A DNA stretch of 62,412 bases, the filler included, from Pirum gemmata (lineage: Eukaryota): the NCBI GenBank assembly GCA_002812295.1. It is 17 parts of 17 records of this genome, joined end to end, with 100 filler letters (N's around TTAATTAATTAA, not from the genome) between each part and the next. Parts side by side here need not be neighbours in the genome. Positions count along the whole stretch, not along the records: positions 14,101 to 17,508 come from PDIN01002621.1; positions 17,609 to 21,011 come from PDIN01002622.1; positions 21,112 to 24,511 come from PDIN01002623.1; positions 24,612 to 28,712 come from PDIN01002624.1; 13 more parts are not named here. One strand, given 5' to 3'. Positions 14,178-26,211 of the stretch are shown piece after piece. Below the pieces are notes generated by a model. The model had not been told where the DNA came from and searched no databases. It worked only from the letters and a program-made list of their open reading frames with translations. The position numbers and the translations under genes are program-made. Position 1 is the stretch's first letter. Each line of letters starts with the position of its first letter.

Positions 14178-17174
14178 TTAAAAGTTCAAAGCTAAAACAG
14201 CTAATGATAATACAACTAAAACATTGACGTTAAGGTTATACGAGGAAGAATCTTCGTTAAATGCATTTACTGGTCCATCAGTTGCATTAGGTTCGATTGT
14301 TAATGATTCTAAATCTAACATATTATCATCGTCCTCTACGTTAAGTCCGTTTTCTTTTTCTTCTTCTTGTTTGCATTTCATATTTTCCGGAATACACGGC
14401 AATTTACAATCGTTTGGGTGTATAGCTACAAGGAAGGTTTGAAATTGTGCGTCAGAAGAATTTTCATCGAGACCTTTGTAACTTTCTCTGTAAGCTAACA
14501 AACCTTCTTGTCTAGCCCATTGGATGTGACCGTAGCAAGCATCGCCTTTAACTGCAGTATGGCATGTATTGAGGCATTCTTCGTCTTTTTCTTCTTGCGT
14601 TGGGGCAACAGATGATGTTGTTGTTATTTTTGCTTGTGGGGGGGTAGGTTCTTTTTTAGGAATATCGGCTTCATAAATAGGCACAAATTCATCTTTTAAT
14701 TGTGGCATATCTCCTATAGGGGTGCCATCTACCATACCGTTATTATAAGACGCGATAATCATGTTACCACAGACACCATAATTAGCAGAATAATCCACTC
14801 GATCAGAAGTTCTAAACTTTCTAGATTCGGCAGCTGAAGCTTTACACATTATTTGTTGTCCATTACTTAAATGGAAGTTAAGATTAACGAATTCTTCTTC
14901 GGGATCTCGACCCATAGCACGTGCCACTGTAGGATCGGAAAATTCAACCACAATCTTATCATTAGCGTTTAAATTAAGACCCTTGACTTGGTAAGTTTCG
15001 CCAGAGATCATATGGCCGCCGTAGCCTTTACTCCCGGAAGTATCGTAGTACAAGTGGCCTGCATTAGTACCATGAACAGGTTCATTCATATTGGGTGCTA
15101 CATTATAACCTTTACCCTCAATTTTAAGATCACCTTTGTTTCCTTCCACCCAGATGTTAAATCGACGAATATTAATATTGGCATCACAACCAATACCACC
15201 CAAAGTAGCATCTTTCGCACACCCAGGCAACGATTCAAAACCATTTAGTAAATCACCTACACTATTATGAATATTCCCTAAACTTTGGTCTCCACTTTTG
15301 GTAAGAAACATTGGCGCCATGGGATTTCCATCACTGATACCGAACTGCACTTTTTTAGTGACTCCAGGCATGTATTTGATATCGTGAAATGTGTTGCCTT
15401 CCATAACATATTGCGTGTTACACATAGAGCCCGGCTTGCCGTTTTCATTATGAAAAGAAATACCACAATGCTGCGGAGCCATAAAGATACCAAAAGTAGG
15501 TCCTCCAATAAATTTGTTGTTTTTAAATTGAAAAGTGAACGGTCCTCCTGGTAAAAGAAGTTGTAAAAATCCGTAGTTGTCCGTTTCATCTTGTGCAAAA
15601 GTACAATCTTCAATATGTGCAGAAACTTGATCTGCCATACTTTTTCCACGCTTCCAATACATTTGGTTATGGTTGTTAATAAACGTGTAGTTTTTATATT
15701 TGATATCACCTAGTGTATATTGACCCACAAACATATTGTGATAATCCAAACCATTTTCTACTTTGTTGGCTGGTTTAACACCGTTATCTGAACCATCCTT
15801 TTTAAACTCTTTGCATGAGTCAAAGTTTGTAACGTAACCATTTTCGTCCCTCTCCACTTCTCTTGGGTACTGATTATCCAAATAAATACCAAATCTTTCA
15901 TTATCATGAAAAACGTTGCCCTTAAAAGTACCAAATTGATGAAACTGAGGACAAATTTTGCCTTCAGCTTTTTGTCTTCCGTTACCAAATACGCCCCCTA
16001 CAGTCCATAAACCATGCTCCATTCCTGCCACGCGGTTTTCAACAACGTCGTTAGTGACACCCACCATGAAAATACCTCCCTCTTTTACTGGAAAACCTTG
16101 CCATGGTATTTTAGATCTTTTTACATTCTGTGATACAATCACATTACGTCTAATCACATTATACATTTCGTTCCCAGCTTCAGTGTAAATACCAACCCCT
16201 CGGTTATCATATAATACATTTTCTTCGACTAATGCCTTATGTACCCCATGTAGCGTAATACCAGATTGGTATGACTGAACTACTGAATTTCCTTTCAAAA
16301 CACAGTCAGGGCAATTCCCGATTTCATGAAAATGCATACAATAACGAGCCAACACATCCCATTGACCACATTTTTCGAAACGGGTGTAACGCATATCCAT
16401 TACTCCTTCTGCGTGGTAGTTAGCTGCATCGGCTATTAATGGTACTAAAACAGTATGGAAACCGTGACCTTTATTGTAAAAATCATCATCATCCCCTGTA
16501 ATGGTAACAGATCGTTTTAAATTGATAACTTCAGCGGCAACGTTGAAAGTAAACCCTTTAATGTCTTTGTTACCCCCCATATGAGCATGGACCACAGGAG
16601 GTTCTATGTTGATTCGATTTCCCTGAATACCAGTGATAACATGTTTGGTGGAATCACCTTTGCTGGTGGTAGCAATAACGATATCATCACCTATTTTCCA
16701 ACCCATCTTCTCTGGGTTATGATCTACAGTAATGGATGCTTCTCCAGGCTTGGCATTTTGAGCTAATAAGGTCCAAGTTCTTTCTAACTCACGACCGTGA
16801 ATATGAATTCTGGCCGAGCCAATACCAGCTAATACACGCTCACCTACTCTGGGGTGTTCTGGAATTCCGTTTGGACGTTTGATCCAAACAGTAGCTTCCT
16901 TCTCCATAGGTTTATCCTTCGTTCCCAACTCAAAAACACCACCATCCTCAACAATAATTTGAGTAGCAGATAATTTTAAGCCGTCAGAAGATAAATCCCA
17001 GGACAATTTACCTTCTACATGTAAAACATCCAAATCAACATTTGAATCTACCACCCATTCCTCTCCTTTAGGCACAGTACAAACACCTCCGTTACATTTA
17101 GCACTCAAGCTAACGGCATTGATACAATCAAAGGCGAAAGCTGTGCTGAGTAATAAAGTTAAAATAGAAATCAT
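14178..17174 (-). CDS. Secreted, probably GPI-anchored G8-domain plus parallel beta-helix protein (TMEM2/CEMIP/PKHD1L1-like)
   Basis: Signal peptide; G8 motifs LHVEGKL..IIVEDGGVFELGT..P; IHG..RTWTLL; AEVINLKRSVTITG; GQ..LARYCMHFH; ITLHG..VEENV; hydrophobic C-terminus; intronless 998 aa. Confidence 0.88.
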   Translation of the reverse strand: MISILTLLLSTAFAFDCINAVSLSAKCNGGVCTVPKGEEWVVDSNVDLDVLHVEGKLSWDLSSDGLKLSATQIIVEDGGVFELGTKDKPMEKEATVWIKRPNGIPEHPRVGERVLAGIGSARIHIHGRELERTWTLLAQNAKPGEASITVDHNPEKMGWKIGDDIVIATTSKGDSTKHVITGIQGNRINIEPPVVHAHMGGNKDIKGFTFNVAAEVINLKRSVTITGDDDDFYNKGHGFHTVLVPLIADAANYHAEGVMDMRYTRFEKCGQWDVLARYCMHFHEIGNCPDCVLKGNSVVQSYQSGITLHGVHKALVEENVLYDNRGVGIYTEAGNEMYNVIRRNVIVSQNVKRSKIPWQGFPVKEGGIFMVGVTNDVVENRVAGMEHGLWTVGGVFGNGRQKAEGKICPQFHQFGTFKGNVFHDNERFGIYLDNQYPREVERDENGYVTNFDSCKEFKKDGSDNGVKPANKVENGLDYHNMFVGQYTLGDIKYKNYTFINNHNQMYWKRGKSMADQVSAHIEDCTFAQDETDNYGFLQLLLPGGPFTFQFKNNKFIGGPTFGIFMAPQHCGISFHNENGKPGSMCNTQYVMEGNTFHDIKYMPGVTKKVQFGISDGNPMAPMFLTKSGDQSLGNIHNSVGDLLNGFESLPGCAKDATLGGIGCDANINIRRFNIWVEGNKGDLKIEGKGYNVAPNMNEPVHGTNAGHLYYDTSGSKGYGGHMISGETYQVKGLNLNANDKIVVEFSDPTVARAMGRDPEEEFVNLNFHLSNGQQIMCKASAAESRKFRTSDRVDYSANYGVCGNMIIASYNNGMVDGTPIGDMPQLKDEFVPIYEADIPKKEPTPPQAKITTTSSVAPTQEEKDEECLNTCHTAVKGDACYGHIQWARQEGLLAYRESYKGLDENSSDAQFQTFLVAIHPNDCKLPCIPENMKCKQEEEKENGLNVEDDDNMLDLESLTIEPNATDGPVNAFNEDSSSYNLNVNVLVVLSLAVLALNF

Positions 17175-17389
17175 AATAATTACTGATATTTATATATTAT
17201 TATTTATCTATTAATTGTTATGATTTTAAAATTAATTTTTGCTTTTGTTATTATTCATTGAAAAATGATACAATCAATTTTTTAATAAAATATTTTAGTT
17301 TGTTAGTGTGGTGCTTGTTTTAATTCGTTTTAATTCGTTTTAACTTATTATTATTATTATTATTATTCTTATTCTTATTCTTTACTACC

Positions 17390-17447
<58 letters not shown>

Positions 17448-17736
17448 TATTTTTTCTTATAAAATCTCCATTTATATACTATTTATATTGTATGTATTTT
17501 TAATTTTTNNNNNNNNNNNNNNNNNNNNNNNNNNNNNNNNNNNNNNNNNNNNTTAATTAATTAANNNNNNNNNNNNNNNNNNNNNNNNNNNNNNNNNNNN
17601 NNNNNNNNACTCTCTGATAGTTCTCTGATCCTAGCTTCTAGCTAGTAGCTAGCTAGCTATGATCCTGCATCGTAATACTACTGGTAGATAGCTGGTAGAT
17701 TGAATGTGATTTTTTTTTTTTTTTCTAAATTAAGTA

Positions 17737-17962
17737 AGCCTCCCCCAATTCTGCTCGAGCCCGAAAACTCAAATTTCTGCTGTGGAAAAAAAAAAAGCCG
17801 AAATTCAGCCCTGTTCGAAAATTATTTTTTCCATTTTTTCGGGTTCATAAATAAATAAATATACTCGAATACTTAACTATTAGCTTAAAACATTCAAGCT
17901 TATTTAATTAATGCATAGGCTCGAAAGATCGATTTTTAAACAAAGCAGAATTGGGAGAAGCC
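17737..17962 (+). mobile_element. MITE family F, complete copy (TIR GCCTC(T/C)CCCAATTCTGCT); partial copy 18100-18250
   Basis: Inverted ends GCCTCCCCCAATTCTGCT / AGCAGAATTGGGAGAAGC; at least six related copies in the window. Confidence 0.85.
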
Positions 17963-19304
17963 ATGAGATGAGGTCTTAGTCATGAAGAAGCGCCTAAAAT
18001 TGAAAGCAAAAATATATTATTATTGGCTGATTGCCAGATTTTCTTTTCAAAGAATCAAAGAAGGTAAATTGCTCAGGTAAATTACTAGCTAGCTAGCTAG
18101 GCCTCTCCCAATTCTGCTCAGCCTCAAACCCGAAAACTTCTGCTGTCAAAAAAAGCCAAAATTCAGCTCCGTTCGAGTTTCCGTTCGAATTTTTTTTTTC
18201 ATATTTTTCGAGTTTATTAATAAACAAATATATTTGAATACTTTTAAAATTGTAATCTTTTTTTTTTAGCTAGAGTCTACCAAGCCAAAGTTTTTTCATG
18301 GACCAAGCCGATAAAAAAAATCTCAAAATGATTCAATTTTTAAAAATAAAAATACTATTATACCAACTTTTGAGATAAAAGTTCCTAGCAGTCGATTACA
18401 GTTATATATATTAGTTAGTTAAATTAATTAAAGTTGTAATTTGTTGATTTGTTTCATTTATAATACTTTAGTATGATACAAGTTAATGATTTGATTGTCA
18501 TTTGTTTTTTTACCTTGTTGTACTTTTTATAATAATATCATAATATATAGTCTATGATAAGCAATTTTATTGTTCTTTTGTTGTAGAAATATTTGTTTTT
18601 AGATTAACCTTTATCCTAGTATTATAGCGTTGTAGTCATTGTTATGGATATTGTTGGAGTTGTCGTCTATATTCGGATTTATATGTTATATTTTTTTGAT
18701 GTAGGTTAGTCTAGTAGTCTTACAGGGTTGCCTATGTTTAAATATTATTGGTTTAACTGCTGGTGGAAATTCTTTGGAGAAGTATTGACATTGAGTGACA
18801 TTGAAAAGGTTGGATTTTCGACGTCCACTGTCTTGTTGGTTTTCTTTGAAATAGTATCCATGTGTGACTTTGGTAGCTTTTTTGTAATGATTCTTCTATT
18901 TTTAATTATCTCTTCCCATTCATTTTGTTCTATATTCCAAAGGTTGTTTAGGTTCTTATCATTACAGAAGTCATTTGTAGATTCCAACTATTTGGAGGTG
19001 TACAGATGAAAACTCTAGCTCCAGGATTCTATAATAACCATACACAGGAAACAGAAGTAAAACAGAGAGTACAAAAAAAGTAATCTAATCATATCCAACC
19101 TGCATTTTTTTAAAAATATAATTTATATTATTATAAATATCGATAAATAAATTATAAAATACACATCCCCTCAAAAAAGATATAAATACAAGTATTGTTG
19201 TTAGATAATTAAAAAAAAAAAAAATTCTTCAGCAATATTTTTTTAATTAATTATAATAATAAAAGAGTTTTTTTTTTAAAAAAAAATTAAGTTTAATTAA
19301 AACT

Positions 19305-19865
19305 ATGTTTTTATCACAAGTACTAACTCCTTTTGTTTTATTAAGTTTGCTTACTATTAATACACAATGGGAACCTACTCATGCTGCCCCCAGTTGGCTA
19401 TGCGGTGGATGCGGAAGTAAGCAAGCTGTAGCCGAACCGGTCCAACAACAAATACCACTTCAAAAACAAACACTGGCTATTACTCATTATATCAGTCAAT
19501 TAAGTGAAGTTTGTGAAAAAAAATTCTTTTTGGAATTTATAAAACAGAAACAAATCATTGAAAATGAACCTGACACTATAAGTGACAGCAGCAGTGAGGT
19601 GAGTAGTGATAATGGTAGCGAGGTGTCTTACGATTCTGATGAAGAGCTAACTGAAAAAGAACGTAGAATAAATCGTTTAGAACAGCAATTGAATTTTGAT
19701 ATTATGCAATTCGTTTTAACTGATGATTTAGTAGTGTTGAATTACATGGATAATAAATATTCAAAAACTATTCGCAATAACGAGGAAGTACGAAAGAAAA
19801 TTATTATAGGATTAAGTGAGTATATTGCTGATCGTTTCTTGGTCCTAGGCAATAATCAACACTAG
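19305..19865 (+). CDS. Orphan secreted protein, 186 aa
   Basis: ATG after A-rich context, hydrophobic N-terminus, CGGC motif and acidic Ser-rich middle; no family recognised. Confidence 0.65.
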   Translation: MFLSQVLTPFVLLSLLTINTQWEPTHAAPSWLCGGCGSKQAVAEPVQQQIPLQKQTLAITHYISQLSEVCEKKFFLEFIKQKQIIENEPDTISDSSSEVSSDNGSEVSYDSDEELTEKERRINRLEQQLNFDIMQFVLTDDLVVLNYMDNKYSKTIRNNEEVRKKIIIGLSEYIADRFLVLGNNQH

Positions 19866-21847
19866 TACAAGAAAATAAAGATATTAGCTTTTTGTTTGTA
19901 AAATACTCGTAATATCAATGTTAAGGTTATATTAATTAATATATATATATATGGAACCAGATGTGGGTCTTTCAGTCCTTATATATGTGTGTGTGTGAGG
20001 GGTTAGGGTTAGGGTACTGTTAGGGTTAGGGTTAGGGTTAGGGTTAGGGTACGTACCACTACATTTGTATACACTTAAAACTCGTTCTTTCGAGAAGCGC
20101 AAAGAGCTACCAAAGTAATCCAAAGCACTCTTTAATTTGACTTGATCTTTTTTATCTAGATTATCAAAACAGATAATCAAACCAGAAACTTTACTTTTGT
20201 TAAACCTGGGGACAACCACTACGTTAAATAAAAAATAAATTTATCAAACTAAAAGAAAATAATAACTATATAATTATATATATTATAGCTACCTCAGGGC
20301 TACCTGGTATATTAAACCAATTTGAAAATGAAAAACCTCGTTATAAAAAAGAAAATGCCTGTTGTTGATTCGAACGCGGACTTATACGCTTTATTAAAAA
20401 CATCTCACGAACAGATAACTGTGTCTTGTCTCCTTCTCCCCTTTTGCACTCCTGTGTGCTGATGTCGATGGTCTTTGTTTCTGCTCTAGTTACTCGGCTC
20501 TACTGTTTGTATTTTTACTTTTGTAAAAATAACTGTTTGTCTCTTTTTGTTTTCTTCTTCCCTTGTTTCCTTTTTTATGTGGAACAAACGAAAAATGAAG
20601 CTGGAGACAAAAAAAAAAACCTCTCAAGAACTACCCGGTAGAGAAAAGGAGAAAAAGAACTGAAAAAGAACTTCCGAAATTATCTTTTGGTTCAACATCT
20701 CGACCAATGTTCGACTTAACGAAAGAAGACATAGATTGTAAATACACAAATTTTATCAACATTATCTTCTGTGAAATTAGTGCCATTATCAGTGAATCTA
20801 CGACAAGCATCTTCCAAAGAATAATGGTTCCCAGAAACTTGAGAATACTTTCCTCTGACCGACTTTAGATGGTTGTACTTGTACAATATATTAAGAAAAC
20901 CTTTTCTAAATATAATATCCATATTAATTAATACGTAGATTTTTATAGCTCACTACACCTATTATATATAATTAAGGAGAAAAGATTTTTTTTTTTTTTT
21001 TTTTTTTTTTTNNNNNNNNNNNNNNNNNNNNNNNNNNNNNNNNNNNNNNNNNNNNTTAATTAATTAANNNNNNNNNNNNNNNNNNNNNNNNNNNNNNNNN
21101 NNNNNNNNNNNTAATAATAATAATAATAATAGTAATAGTAATAAAAATAATAGAAATAACAAATAATAATAATAAGAATAATAATAATAAGAATAATAAT
21201 TAATAATACAATCGTGATGATAATATAAAATATCATAACAGGAAATTTGTTTCTAGGGTTAGGGTTAGGGAACTTAGGGATTATTCATAAATGATGTTAT
21301 TAATAGTGCTTTTTTTAACTGGTTAAATTATATATACCTAATTGTTATTGTATAGTCCAGTAAACTTTTAGTATTTAAAATTCATTGTTCACAATATGTA
21401 TGATGGCATTAAAATCCTTTTGGAACGTTCTCTTATTATTCTTGTGTACAAAAACGTTTTTTAGAAATGCTATTTTGTAAAATTAATATTCTTGGCAGCT
21501 AATATTAAAAGACGACATAATCATGCATACCATACGACGATATTTACACCAACGAAAATTATTCTGAACTATGAAGACTTCGTGGCAGTGTTTCAGAATA
21601 AATATTGATTTTAAAACGTTTTTAAAATCGAACAAGCTTTTTTTTTTGAACGAAGTAAATTTTTCTAGTAGTTAGTTAGTTCATAGCGTGAGTACCGAGT
21701 GGACTGATGACTGCAGAAAAATGAACGAGTGAAAAAAAAGAGAAAGGGGAGTGAGATTTTTTTTTTTAAAAAAAAGATTACTTTTTTTTTTTTTTNNNNN
21801 NNNNNNNNNNNNNNNNNNNNNNNNNNNNNNNNNNNNNNNNNNNNNNN

Positions 21848-21960
<113 letters not shown>

Positions 21961-22577
21961 ATGGTTGTTTTTGGAATAGACCGAAAATTGATCAACTACC
22001 GGTAGGTTAGTAAAAAAAAGCCTATTTTCTCTATTTCGGTTTTAAAAATTTCCTTTCTTGGCTAGAAACCTATGGAAGTACGGCTCGTATAATAAACTCG
22101 AATTTCTCTGAATTTCTTCTAAAAAAAAGGCGAATTCTCTAGCTAGGCAAGTAGACTGATGTTGATGACTCTAGAAAAATGAACGAGTGAAAATAGAGAA
22201 AGGGGTGGGCTGTAGTATATCGTTTTCCTATTTTGTCTATTTCTGTTGAACACAACGAACCACACACTGTGGCACACAGCGCCACACCGAAAGCGCTACA
22301 CCAAAACGAGCGAATACGACACTCAAATCACAACACAACACACACATACGACACTCAAATCACAACAATTTCGTTTTTTTTTAAAAATTCCTTTTTTGGC
22401 TATAGATTTGCTGGAAGTACAGCTCCATATTTCTAATAATAATAATATAAACTCGAATTTCTTCTACTGATATTAAAAAAAAAAACTATGAAATTTACTA
22501 TAAAAAAATAACAAAAAAAATACCCCGCCCGTGTGATTATATCTGATAGTGTTCATCCTTTTTGAACGGTGCCTTAT

Positions 22578-22842
22578 TGTTATTGCTATTTGTTATTTGT
22601 TATTTGTTATTTGTTACTTGGTATTTGTTATTTGTTTTTTGTTATTTGTTATTTATTATTTGTTATTTGTTATTTTGTCATTTTGTTATTAAATTTTGTT
22701 ATTTGTTATTAAATTTTGTTTGTTATTTGTTATTTTAAATTTTGTTATTTGTTATTTGTTATTTTGTTATTAAATTTTGTTATTTATAATTTGTTATTTG
22801 TTATTTTTTATTTGTTATTTGTTATTTGTTATTTGTTATTTG
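22578..22842. repeat. (TTTGTTA)n heptamer minisatellite
   Basis: Directly visible. Confidence 0.9.
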
Positions 22843-23346
22843 AAGCACTGGGCGGCGGCCCGGGCCGGACACATTTTGCGCAAAAAAAACCCCAAAACAT
22901 TAATTATTTTTTTTTGAGAACTTCGAGCCCACTTTTTTTATCGAACATATGTAAAATTAAGAAATTCGAGCATTCGAGTTTTTTTTTTTTTTTTTTTTTT
23001 TTTTCTATTATACTTTGTTTTTTCTATTTTTTTTTTTGGAAAATTTCCTAATTTAGAATATTTTTTTCCTAATTTAGGTTAAAAAACTGATATCCCTTGC
23101 TTCTTTTTGCTCTCATACACGCTGGTATGTATCATTTTTTTTAAAAGTGATTTTATCTGAAAGTAGAGATAAATACAAGTATGCATGTACGTGCATATAC
23201 TTGAACAAGCCCTTATAATTATTAAGAACACTTAACACTTATTAGAATGTACTTGAGTACTCTTGAGTCACAAATTGAAAAAACACTTATATAGTCTTAT
23301 GTAGTCTTATAAATATATTATATTATTAATTTTATAAGAAAACTTA

Positions 23347-24186
23347 TTAGAATAAGAATGTCATCGCAGTCAAAACCAATGATGAATACGTCAGTACACG
23401 ATGAGTAGTGGAAGACTGAGCAGATATGACCGAGTCAACAGTATCATTATTACTTACATCTTGGTCTTTGGAGGCATCCGTATCAGTTTTAGTACCAGCT
23501 TCAAGTTGTTGTTGGAATAGTTTTAATATATATTGATAATCCATATTATTTCCAGAACCCGATGTTATTTTAGAACTCTCTCCCGGGTCAGTAGTATCAG
23601 GATTAACTACAGGGTCAACAGTTACTGCTGGGGTGGTTGTTAAACCTAAATTCGCTTTGGCTTGCTCCATAGCCGCAGCTTCCGCTTGTAGTAAATCACT
23701 GCATTGCCCTCCTTCCGCAAATTTTCCGGCTAAAACAGCTAAGCTAGCCACTGTATTTTGGGTGTCTTCGAAAATTTCATCCGTCTTCAGATTCTCACCA
23801 TTATCTTGCATATCATCAATCCAAGGAGCAACAGCTCCAACCACCCCACCGATGACACTGGTGACCGTTCCAGCAATATGTGCCCCACAACTAAATTTCA
23901 CGCATTCTGCACCGCATGTGTATGGGATACTCATAGGACACTTGCTTTCGCCTGGTTTTTTGTAGCAATTATCTAAAGAAGTACCAACTTTGCTCATGGC
24001 GCTGTTAACTTCCGCCATGGTAAAGTCAATCATATTGAGAGAAAGTTCTGCAATTTGTTCATCAGAAAGTTCATTAACATCAATATTGTTAGTTGTTGAA
24101 GCAGCGTTAATGTTACTTATGGTTGAGAAAATTGTTATTAGGCTTAAGGAAGCAGCAGTTGTGGTTAATACTTTTACGAATTGCAT
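23347..24186 (-). CDS. Orphan secreted, probably GPI-anchored protein with a small Cys module
   Basis: Signal peptide, CYKKPGESKCPMSIPYTCGAECVKFSC, T/S/D-rich stalk, hydrophobic C-terminal tail; 279 aa. Confidence 0.8.
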   Translation of the reverse strand: MQFVKVLTTTAASLSLITIFSTISNINAASTTNNIDVNELSDEQIAELSLNMIDFTMAEVNSAMSKVGTSLDNCYKKPGESKCPMSIPYTCGAECVKFSCGAHIAGTVTSVIGGVVGAVAPWIDDMQDNGENLKTDEIFEDTQNTVASLAVLAGKFAEGGQCSDLLQAEAAAMEQAKANLGLTTTPAVTVDPVVNPDTTDPGESSKITSGSGNNMDYQYILKLFQQQLEAGTKTDTDASKDQDVSNNDTVDSVISAQSSTTHRVLTYSSLVLTAMTFLF

Positions 24187-25983
24187 GCTTGTTTGTGTGT
24201 GTGTTTATGTGTGTGTTTGTGTGTGTGTTTATTTTTTTTATTAATTAAAAAATAAATTTAATCTTTAATATTATACTATAATATTAATTATTTGAAAGAA
24301 GAGAAGGGATAAGAAATTGTTGCAAAGAAATTCTTTTAAAAAGTTATTGTGTGTAATTATAAAGTTTTAGATTTCTAATTATTTTTATTATTAATTGTTT
24401 TTTTCTATTTTGTATTTTGGTTTAATTTTTTTTTCACCTCCACTTTTTATACTTTTTTTTTTCTCTGCATTTTTTACATTTTTACATTCATTTTAAAAAT
24501 TTAGAGCTGTTNNNNNNNNNNNNNNNNNNNNNNNNNNNNNNNNNNNNNNNNNNNNTTAATTAATTAANNNNNNNNNNNNNNNNNNNNNNNNNNNNNNNNN
24601 NNNNNNNNNNNAATATTCACAAAAATATATCCGTTTTTTATTTATATTATCATCTACAAAACACTCAAACACTTATCTTTATCGTTTGCAACATTTACAA
24701 TATTTACTTTACATTTTTTTTACATTTTTTTCTAATAACTTGGCTTTCAAAACACGACAAACCTGATGAATGGGTTAAAGAATTGACTGTTGAGGAAAAA
24801 GTTACTTTGCGATTATTTAAATCATGGTTTATGGTACCGTTATCGAAGACTAGTAAACGTCAAAGGGTATTTCAGATTGGTCATGACAACGAACCGTTGC
24901 TAGCAAAAGCAATTTATGAAGATCTCAAATCGCCTAATAATCAGTTTGATCCTCCCATCAAAATTTTGTCAATGCGATCAACCGGGTTGTTGAAGTAGAA
25001 AAGACAAACCTGAAATAGCACATTCTTATGATAATCTAAGTATAGTTGAAGATAACCTTGTTCATCCAGATACTGAAGCATATACGTTGCTTAATCGAGC
25101 ACGTTGTATGGAGTATAAGAGTAGAGTAAGTAATAGTACAGTGGCCAAAGAATACGAAGTAATGAAGAGAGTAGGGAAGTATAAACGGGTGTATTTAAGA
25201 AGTGCAGATGATTATGATAACCTAGTTCTAGCTATACCAAGTAAACCACACAGGGTACAGTTGATTCATGGTATGTGTGTCATTGAAGATTGTGGACTTA
25301 TTGTTTATGGTAGAGAAGGTGGTCTAATAATAAGAATGGTCTTTGTTGTAGCTAGTAATAGTTTCTATCAAGAATATCTTACAAAGACTAACAATTTACT
25401 AAGCAACTTAATGCCATGGTTACTCAAGGAAGAACCAGATGAAAATGTTCGAACGTTTATAACAGAACAAATTGCAGTCAGTAAAAAGAAATGCATCGAT
25501 CGAATTGATTCTCTTGATACTTTTCTTTTCTTCCATAACTTCCATAAGCTAGCAATTTGTTTAAAAATTAATAAAATTCCAGTTGCACATGCTTATCATT
25601 GGAAATTTTCGTCAACAATATATTACAACAAATCAATGTTTGGCGAGGACACAATTTCAAAAGTTACAAGGGGGCTCTATCCTCAAAAGTTGCGTACAAG
25701 TGTTTCAACTAGAATTTTATTCGAGTTAATTACGATTAGTTTAGTTAATGTTCGTACTTTATATTCTTTTAAGAAATTTACAGTAGATGAAATCAATGAA
25801 ATTCAGAACATTAGGCAATATAGAGATAAAAGAAAGTATAAAATGCCAACTACCTCTGGGTTTTTACTTAATCTAAAGTTTTTTGTATCGGGTGTCCTTG
25901 AAATGCGAGAGAGTAACGAGCAAGAAGAATGTAGTAATAATAGATTATCTCATTTCTCATTTTTACGTGTGTTGGAAAATGGA

Positions 25984-26055
25984 TCACTGAGCGGGAATTG
26001 AACCCACGACCAACTCTCTCCGGGAGTTTGCTCTTGACCACTGAGCTATCAGGTA
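25984..26055 (-). ncRNA. tRNA-like cloverleaf (pseudo-tRNA or SINE head), copy 1
   Basis: Minus strand: A box TAGCTCAGTGG, D stem GCTC/GAGC, anticodon stem AACTC/GAGTT with loop CCGGAGA, T arm GTGGG-TTCAATT-CCCGC (B box), acceptor TACCTGA/TCAGTGA with two mismatches; 72 nt. Confidence 0.75.
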
Positions 26056-26139
26056 ATCCATTTTCCAACACGCGTAAAAATTACAAAATGAGATAATAGA
26101 TTATCTCATTTGTAAATTTTACGTGTGTTGGAAAATGGA

Positions 26140-26211
26140 TCACTGAGCGGGAATTGAACCCACGACCAACTCTCTCCGGGAGTTTGCTCTTGACCACTGA
26201 GCTATCAGGTA
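26140..26211 (-). ncRNA. tRNA-like cloverleaf, copy 2
   Basis: Identical to copy 1, 156 bp away. Confidence 0.75.

Noticed and set aside
14224..16766. Short ORFs overlapping the G8 gene (likewise those overlapping the VWA, helicase and Q-rich genes)
   Set aside because: Shadow frames of long, well-supported CDSs.
18745..19095. Secreted protein gene on the minus strand
   Set aside because: A signal-peptide-like stretch needs at least two frameshifts to join the 80-aa ORF, and no homology is recognised.
19932..20922. Minus-strand ORF fragments as a gene or transposase
   Set aside because: Coding-like, but interrupted by stops in all frames and without a recognisable motif; possibly a decayed gene, not supportable.
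25984..26211. Functional tRNA-Ser(GGA) genes
   Set aside because: C at position 33, short variable loop unlike Ser tRNAs, two acceptor mismatches and no adjacent conventional context; kept as tRNA-like only.
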